This document shows, in pieces, positions 51,600-56,866 of a DNA stretch of 56,866 nt (position 1 is its first letter; each line of letters starts with the position of its first letter). Under the pieces are notes generated by a model. The model saw only the letters and a list, made by a program, of their open reading frames with translations. It was not told the origin of the DNA and searched no databases. Made by a program: the position numbers and the translations under genes. The DNA lies in assembly GCF_001194135.2 (NCBI RefSeq), contig NC_068982.1, forward strand, positions 165,098,617 to 165,155,482, written 5' to 3'. This DNA comes from Octopus bimaculoides (taxonomy: Eukaryota).

Positions 51600-52800
51600 T
51601 AAGTTTACGTCCGATCATAGAGTGACCAATGGTTACGCATCCACAAAGCCACCTAGCCCCGTCGAGGTCTCGTCAGACTCTAAAGCTGAAGACAAATGAG
51701 ACTCTTCACCTCTGGGAAGCCGGAATCTTTTACGGTCATTTGGTCAGTAAGTCACCAAAGAATAGATAGTCCAGTGTTAGAAAGAACGGCTTATCTCCCT
51801 TAGACCAGTTCTCGTCGGCCAAAAAAGGGGTTAACAGAAGATTTTTCCTTTAGGCTGCTCTTAGATCGCAAGGAACCTTCCAACTTTAATTGGAGAACGG
51901 GAAACCCCATGTTTGCAGCAAGTAGAGTTTGAAATCGATGCAAGGACTATAAATTGCCTGGCAAGTGTTCATTGATCCAGGTTTCAGGGAATCTTTGCTT
52001 ATTCAGCTATACAAAGCTTACAGCGATTGCTCTCGCTAAAGTGGAGACCCGGCTGCTCTAACATCCTCCACTTGATATAGTATGGGATCCCTTCATCTTT
52101 GAGGCTCAACACGTGGCTGGCCAATGGTATAACGAATCACCTTTCCGGAATCCTGAAAGAGGAACTATAGTTGTACAGGCGTCACTTGAAGGCCGACACA
52201 GCTGCCACGACATATTTCCAGGGTTGGGTGTTAGTCGCCTGGAGTTGTTGTTGTTGTCACCGCTGGAGCTGCCATCGGTGCTGTTATTATTAAGAGGTGT
52301 GTTTCCGGCGATATTGCTGCGGCTGTTGTCGTTGTGGTGGTCATCCATGGCAGTGGCGATGGCAGTCTGTGTGCCGTCGTTGGTAAGATTTGGCATGGGG
52401 CTAGTAACCTCACTGGTGCTGCTAGTGTCGGCGTGGTCATCCTTTCAGTCCGTAGTGCTGGTGCTGGGGTCGTTGACGTCAGTGTTGGCGTTTCTGCCGC
52501 TGTCACTGCTGCTGATACCGTCTACGTTGTTAAATGATCCATTGCTGCTCTTACTATGGTCGCTCAGTCTGGGTATCACCACAGCCTCATAGACGACTCC
52601 CTCTGCCTGACTGGACAGTCATTGTACACTCCGCATGAGCAGCTGCCTCCTCCTGCGTTTTAGGGTTGTTGGGTGCACGACTAAATGTGATCCTTAGGTT
52701 GTGCCTATTGAACAAACATCCGTATTTGTGTGTCTGCGCGAAGTGTTTTTCTGTTAACCTATGGAATATTCTTCCCACACAAGTCTTCACGTGCACACGC
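51600..52800 (-). mobile_element. Penelope-like element (Naiad-type), 5'-truncated: linker, Cys motif, split GIY-YIG, 3' region
   Basis: VKTCVGRIFHRLTEKHFAQTHKYGCLFNRHNLRITFS; CSCGVYNDCPV; EGVVYEAVV; KYV..AFK*RLYNYSSSFR; LASHVLSLKDEGIPYYIKWRMLE..CKLCIAE. Confidence 0.85.
51618..51682 (-). ncRNA. Type I hammerhead ribozyme at the 3' end of the PLE
   Basis: Minus strand: helix I TAGAGT/ACTCTA (6 bp), perfect core CTGACGA (51676-51670), GTAA in place of GAAA (51636-51633), helix III ACC-ATT-GGT, and GUC cleavage site at 51624. Confidence 0.68.
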
Positions 52801-53084
52801 ACGCGTGTGTGTGTATGTGTGAAAGAGAGAGAAAGAGAGAGAGTGTATTATATTTGAATATTTTATAAATATTACCGAATTTAAAAAATTATGAAGGAAT
52901 TAAAGATTATCGTTCACAGTATTCGATTAAACTTACAAACTATTTCAACCGCATCAATTAAAAAAAAATAAACGTTCTAATAACTACTGCATTCCAAAAT
53001 GTTTTATGCATAAATGTTTAAATGAAGGATTAGAAAGAGTATGCATACGTATGCTCTGAGTATGCATACGTGAAAAGAATTAAG

Positions 53085-53260
53085 GAGCGAGAGAGAAATT
53101 GGGAGTAGGAGAGAGAGAGCAGAAAAGACAGGGAGAAGAGAAAAGACAGAGAGAGCAGAAGAGAGAGAGAGAGAGCAGAAGAGAGAGAAAGAGAGCAGAA
53201 GAGAGAGAGAGCAGAAGAGAGATAGAGCAGAAGAGAGAGAGAGCAGAAGAGTGAGAGAGC

Positions 53261-53300
<40 letters not shown>
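53085..53300. repeat. Purine-rich (GA)n/(GAGAGCAGAA)n minisatellite
   Basis: Directly visible; runs into a gap. Confidence 0.9.
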
Positions 53301-53703
53301 NNNNNNNNNNNNNNNNNNNNNNNNNNNNNNNNNNNNNNNNNNNNNNNNNNNNNNNNNNNNNNNNNNNNNNNNNNNNNNNNNNNNNNNNNNNNNNNNNNNN
53401 NNNNNNNNNNNNNNNNNNNNNNNNNNNNNNNNNNNNNNNNNNNNNNNNNNNNNNNNNNNNNNNNNNNNNNNNNNNNNNNNNNNNNNNNNNNNNNNNNNNN
53501 NNNNNNNNNNNNNNNNNNNNNNNNNNNNNNNNNNNNNNNNNNNNNNNNNNNNNNNNNNNNNNNNNNNNNNNNNNNNNNNNNNNNNNNNNNNNNNNNNNNN
53601 NNNNNNNNNNNNNNNNNNNNNNNNNNNNNNNNNNNNNNNNNNNNNNNNNNNNNNNNNNNNNNNNNNNNNNNNNNNNNNNNNNNNNNNNNNNNNNNNNNNN
53701 NNN

Positions 53704-53731
<28 letters not shown>

Positions 53732-53735
<4 letters not shown>

Positions 53736-53881
53736 GTTAGGAAGGGCATCCAGCTGTAGAAACTCTGCCAAATCAGACTGGAGCCTGGTGTTGCCATCCG
53801 GTTTCACCAGTCCTCAGTCAAATCGTCCAACCCATGCTAGCATGGAAAGCGGACGTTAAACGATGATGATGATGATGATGA
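53732..53881 (+). mobile_element. SINE/LINE 3' end with (GAT)n tail
   Basis: TGGCGTTAGGAAGGGCATCCAGC..CCAACCCATGCTAGCATGGAAAGCGGACGTTAAACGATGATGATG, resembling an RTE-type tail. Confidence 0.7.
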
Positions 53882-53968
53882 TATATATATATATATACAT
53901 ATACGCATATATATATGCATGTATATGCGTGCGTTTGCCTGCGCTTGCCTGCGCTTGTCTGCGCATAT

Positions 53969-54290
53969 GACTCAGTGGCTAGACCATCGAGCTCACAACC
54001 ATGAGGTAGTGAGTTCGATTCCCGGACCGGGCTATACGTTGTGTCCATGAGCAAGACACTATATTTCGCGTTGCTCCATTTCACTCAGATGTAGAAAACA
54101 GTTGCGACGACACTGGTGCCAAGCTGTATCGGTCATTGCTCTTCCGTTGGAAAAGATCAGTGGTATGGGGAGAGGAGGTTGATATGCATGGGCGACTGCT
54201 GGTCGTCTATAAAACAACCTTGCACACATTTGGGCCTCGAAGGGTAACTTTGTAGGTGCAATCCTATGTCCATTCATGACCAAAAGGGGT
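53969..54290 (+). mobile_element. tRNA-derived SINE
   Basis: A-box-like CTCAGTGGCTAG, B-box GAGTTCGATTCCC (54011-54023), then TTGTGTCCATGAGCAAGACACT central domain. Confidence 0.78.
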
Positions 54291-55191
54291 CTGTACCTAT
54301 ATATAGCGTTGGATGTATGCATTTCTGAGTGGTTATCGCCTCTACAGCAGCAGACGCTGTGAACTAGCACAACAGACAGGTTCTTCTGTTATTCGCATCA
54401 TCGTCCAATGACTGGTTGCATTATTTAGCGGGACACCGTAAATAAAAGAAGGGGTGACAGAGCTAAGCTGTACTGTTTATAAATACAAACTTATTACGAA
54501 TTCAAATATATTTGAAATATTTCAACTGGTAGCATGTTTGTATTTCCACGCATCACTGCTTAGTACTGTCACCTGGTTCGGTCCAAGTGCGCAGATATTG
54601 ATAAGTCAAAATAATGGAGAAATATCGTTATCTACCACTCTTGGATTCAAACGGAGAGGGGTTGTCTGCTATGGTCTATGATGTTCAGCTGTTTTAGCAC
54701 TTAGTGTTAGTGTGTATGGTCTCCTTAAACGGTACACCGCAGCGAAATTCGACAAATAAACAAGACGCATACATTGTTTATGTGTGATTCATAATGTTTA
54801 CACCATGGGAGTTGGATTTAATTCATAATTTGATATATATATATATNNNNNNNNNNNNNNNNNNNNNNNNNNNNNNNNNNNNNNNNNNNNNNNNNNNNNN
54901 NNNNNNNNNNNNNNNNNNNNNNNNNNNNNNNNNNNNNNNNNNNNNNNNNNNNNNNNNNNNNNNNNNNNNNNNNNNNNNNNNNNNNNNNNNNNNNNNNNNN
55001 NNNNNNNNNNNNNNNNNNNNNNNNNNNNNNNNNNNNNNNNNNNNNNNNNNNNNNNNNNNNNNNNNNNNNNNNNNNNNNNNNNNNNNNNNNNNNNNNNNNN
55101 NNNNNNNNNNNNNNNNNNNNNNNNNNNNNNNNNNNNNNNNNNNNNNNNNNNNNNNNNNNNNNNNNNNNNNNNNNNNNNNNNNNNNNNNNNN

Positions 55192-55290
<99 letters not shown>

Positions 55291-55939
55291 TGTGTAAGGA
55301 AATATGTGTTAATGTATTTCTCTATTGACTTAAAGAAATACATCAGTCAAAATAAACATTTGTGTATGTCAATGCAGGTGGATTATGTCTGTGTGTGTTT
55401 GTGTGTGTTCATATGCGTCTTCACATGATTATGGATTTAAGATTATTCGTTAAAATACGTAGTTTTGTAGATAGGAATCACAATATTCTGCTGTCTATTA
55501 TCAACATTTCGACATTTTTGATCATTTCAGTGACATTCGTAAATAATGCAAGCAAGAAATAAGAATAAAGAGAAAAATAAAGGAATCGACTGGAAACTGC
55601 CAAAGCTTTCTGAAACATTGTGAAATGTTGTATAATTGCAGTCTGTCACGCAAATCTTTAGTTCTATTTCGCAATGACTTACGACTACGAAGTTGCATGT
55701 ACTTCGCATAACGGTCTTTCACAATATAAAACTGAAGGTAAATGTATGCTAACTAATGTTTATATTAACGAAAAAGCAATCACCAGTTAAACTTAATATT
55801 CTGTCTGCTTTCAAAGATCTCACTTATTTCACGTCAGCTTTTAGTAGTAAGTCAGTATTCGAAGTCATATTTCCTGCCAAATAAATACCATCCTAAATTC
55901 TCTAAATTATATGAACTACTTCACATTATAATTATTGAA

Positions 55940-56600
55940 ATATTATTGCTATTTATTATTATCGTTATTTTGGTTTGGCTCAGGTTCGGTCTTATTCCTG
56001 ATAGGATTTATTTGGGTAACCTGTAACCTTAGGTGCTTATGTGGGTAACCTGTAGCCTTAGGTGTCCAGAATGTTTCAGCTGTCTTTCAAGTGCATAGAA
56101 ACCTCCTAATAACCCTTGCTGTTATCTAAGAGACAAACGTTCTGCAGGAACTCTACCGGGCATTCTATTTCAATCTCCTTCAGCCATTTGTCTATATCTT
56201 GGCTTACTATTCCCAACGCACCAATTCTTATAAGCACAAATTTCATATCTATTTCTTGGTAAATCCATGTACTGTCTGTAGTAGTGTTTCCTGCTGTTTA
56301 TCATTTGTAGCGTATAGTTTTAGGTCATCTATATATAAGAGGTGGCTAATTGTTTTGCCGTAACATTTGTATCCGCATCCAGTCTGATAAAGGTGTCAGT
56401 GCCAAACAGAAAAGGAGTAGAGAGAGCGTGTCTCCCTGGAATATTCCTCTTCTAATGGGGATGGCTTTGGTTTTCACGAGTTCTTCTTTTGTTTGGTGCT
56501 GTAGCACTGTTTGCCAGTTATTCATAGAGTGTCTTATGTATTTTATAATTATTGGTGCTATCTTGTTCATGGCTAGTGTTTCGAGGATCCATGTGTGGGG
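55940..56600 (-). mobile_element. R4/Dong-clade non-LTR retrotransposon, 5'-truncated and internally deleted
   Basis: SIPHTWILETL..IRRGIFQGDTLSLLLFCLALTPLS, SHLLYIDDLKLYA (YIDD at 56324-56335), joined to the C-terminal IGALGIV..WL..LQNVCLL. (AAT)-rich sequence lies at both ends. Confidence 0.85.
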
Positions 56601-56621
56601 AATGCTTATCATTATCATTAC

Positions 56622-56689
<68 letters not shown>
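56588..56689. repeat. (ATT)n microsatellite / tail
   Basis: Directly visible. Confidence 0.95.
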
Positions 56690-56866
56690 TTGAGTGAGAG
56701 AGCAGTGCATGCCATCAAAGTGACACTGGGGTAAAATATACAAAGCCCATTATACCCATCATGACTACCCATCTGATAAGGGTACACCAGGCACATGCAT
56801 CACAACCATATGTGCGCGACAAGGTGATCTCATATCAAGATAAACAGTGCATGACCTCGCAGGTGT
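56690..56866 (-). mobile_element. 3' end of a retroposed repeat terminating in (AAT)n
   Basis: The minus strand ends ..GGCATGCACTGCTCTCTCACTCAAG-(AAT)n. It resembles a recalled abundant octopus repeat and runs off the window edge. Confidence 0.5.

Noticed and set aside
51730-51780. Possible SECIS in the PLE 3' region (GTGAC..AAA..GAT)
   Set aside because: Helix II does not pair adequately. The TGA codons in this PLE fall at non-Cys positions and are better explained by CGA>TGA decay.
52113-52592. 159-aa hydrophobic plus-strand ORF that looks like a membrane protein
   Set aside because: It is the antisense reading of the low-complexity insert in the PLE endonuclease.

Overview
AT-rich animal genomic DNA, very dense in microsatellites and repeats, with seven N gaps. 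The SINE families and the microsatellite load look like an octopus or other coleoid cephalopod (inference from recalled repeat sequences). No intact, identifiable host gene is present; there are only low-confidence, unidentified exon candidates. Recognisable content is transposon-derived. (1) Four decayed Penelope-like (PLE, Naiad-type GIY-YIG) fragments; two have a type I hammerhead ribozyme downstream (787-870 +, 51618-51682 -), and there are further hammerhead-like motifs. (2) A complete but dead Chapaev3 DNA transposon with TIRs and a TTA TSD (20167-22460). (3) An ~8 kb hAT shell flanked by an identical 8-bp TSD (41378-49374). It contains a head-to-tail stack of five L1/Tx1-like 5'UTR+ORF1 (CCHC knuckle) modules with no RT, plus a Tc1 remnant and a Helentron-like element. 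(4) A dead mariner (50197-51445). (5) An internally deleted R4/Dong-like LINE next to (TAA)n. (6) Several tRNA-derived SINEs. The most unusual items are the RT-less ORF1 stack, the long-stem-II and variant hammerheads, and a GIY-YIG domain split by a ~125-codon low-complexity insert.
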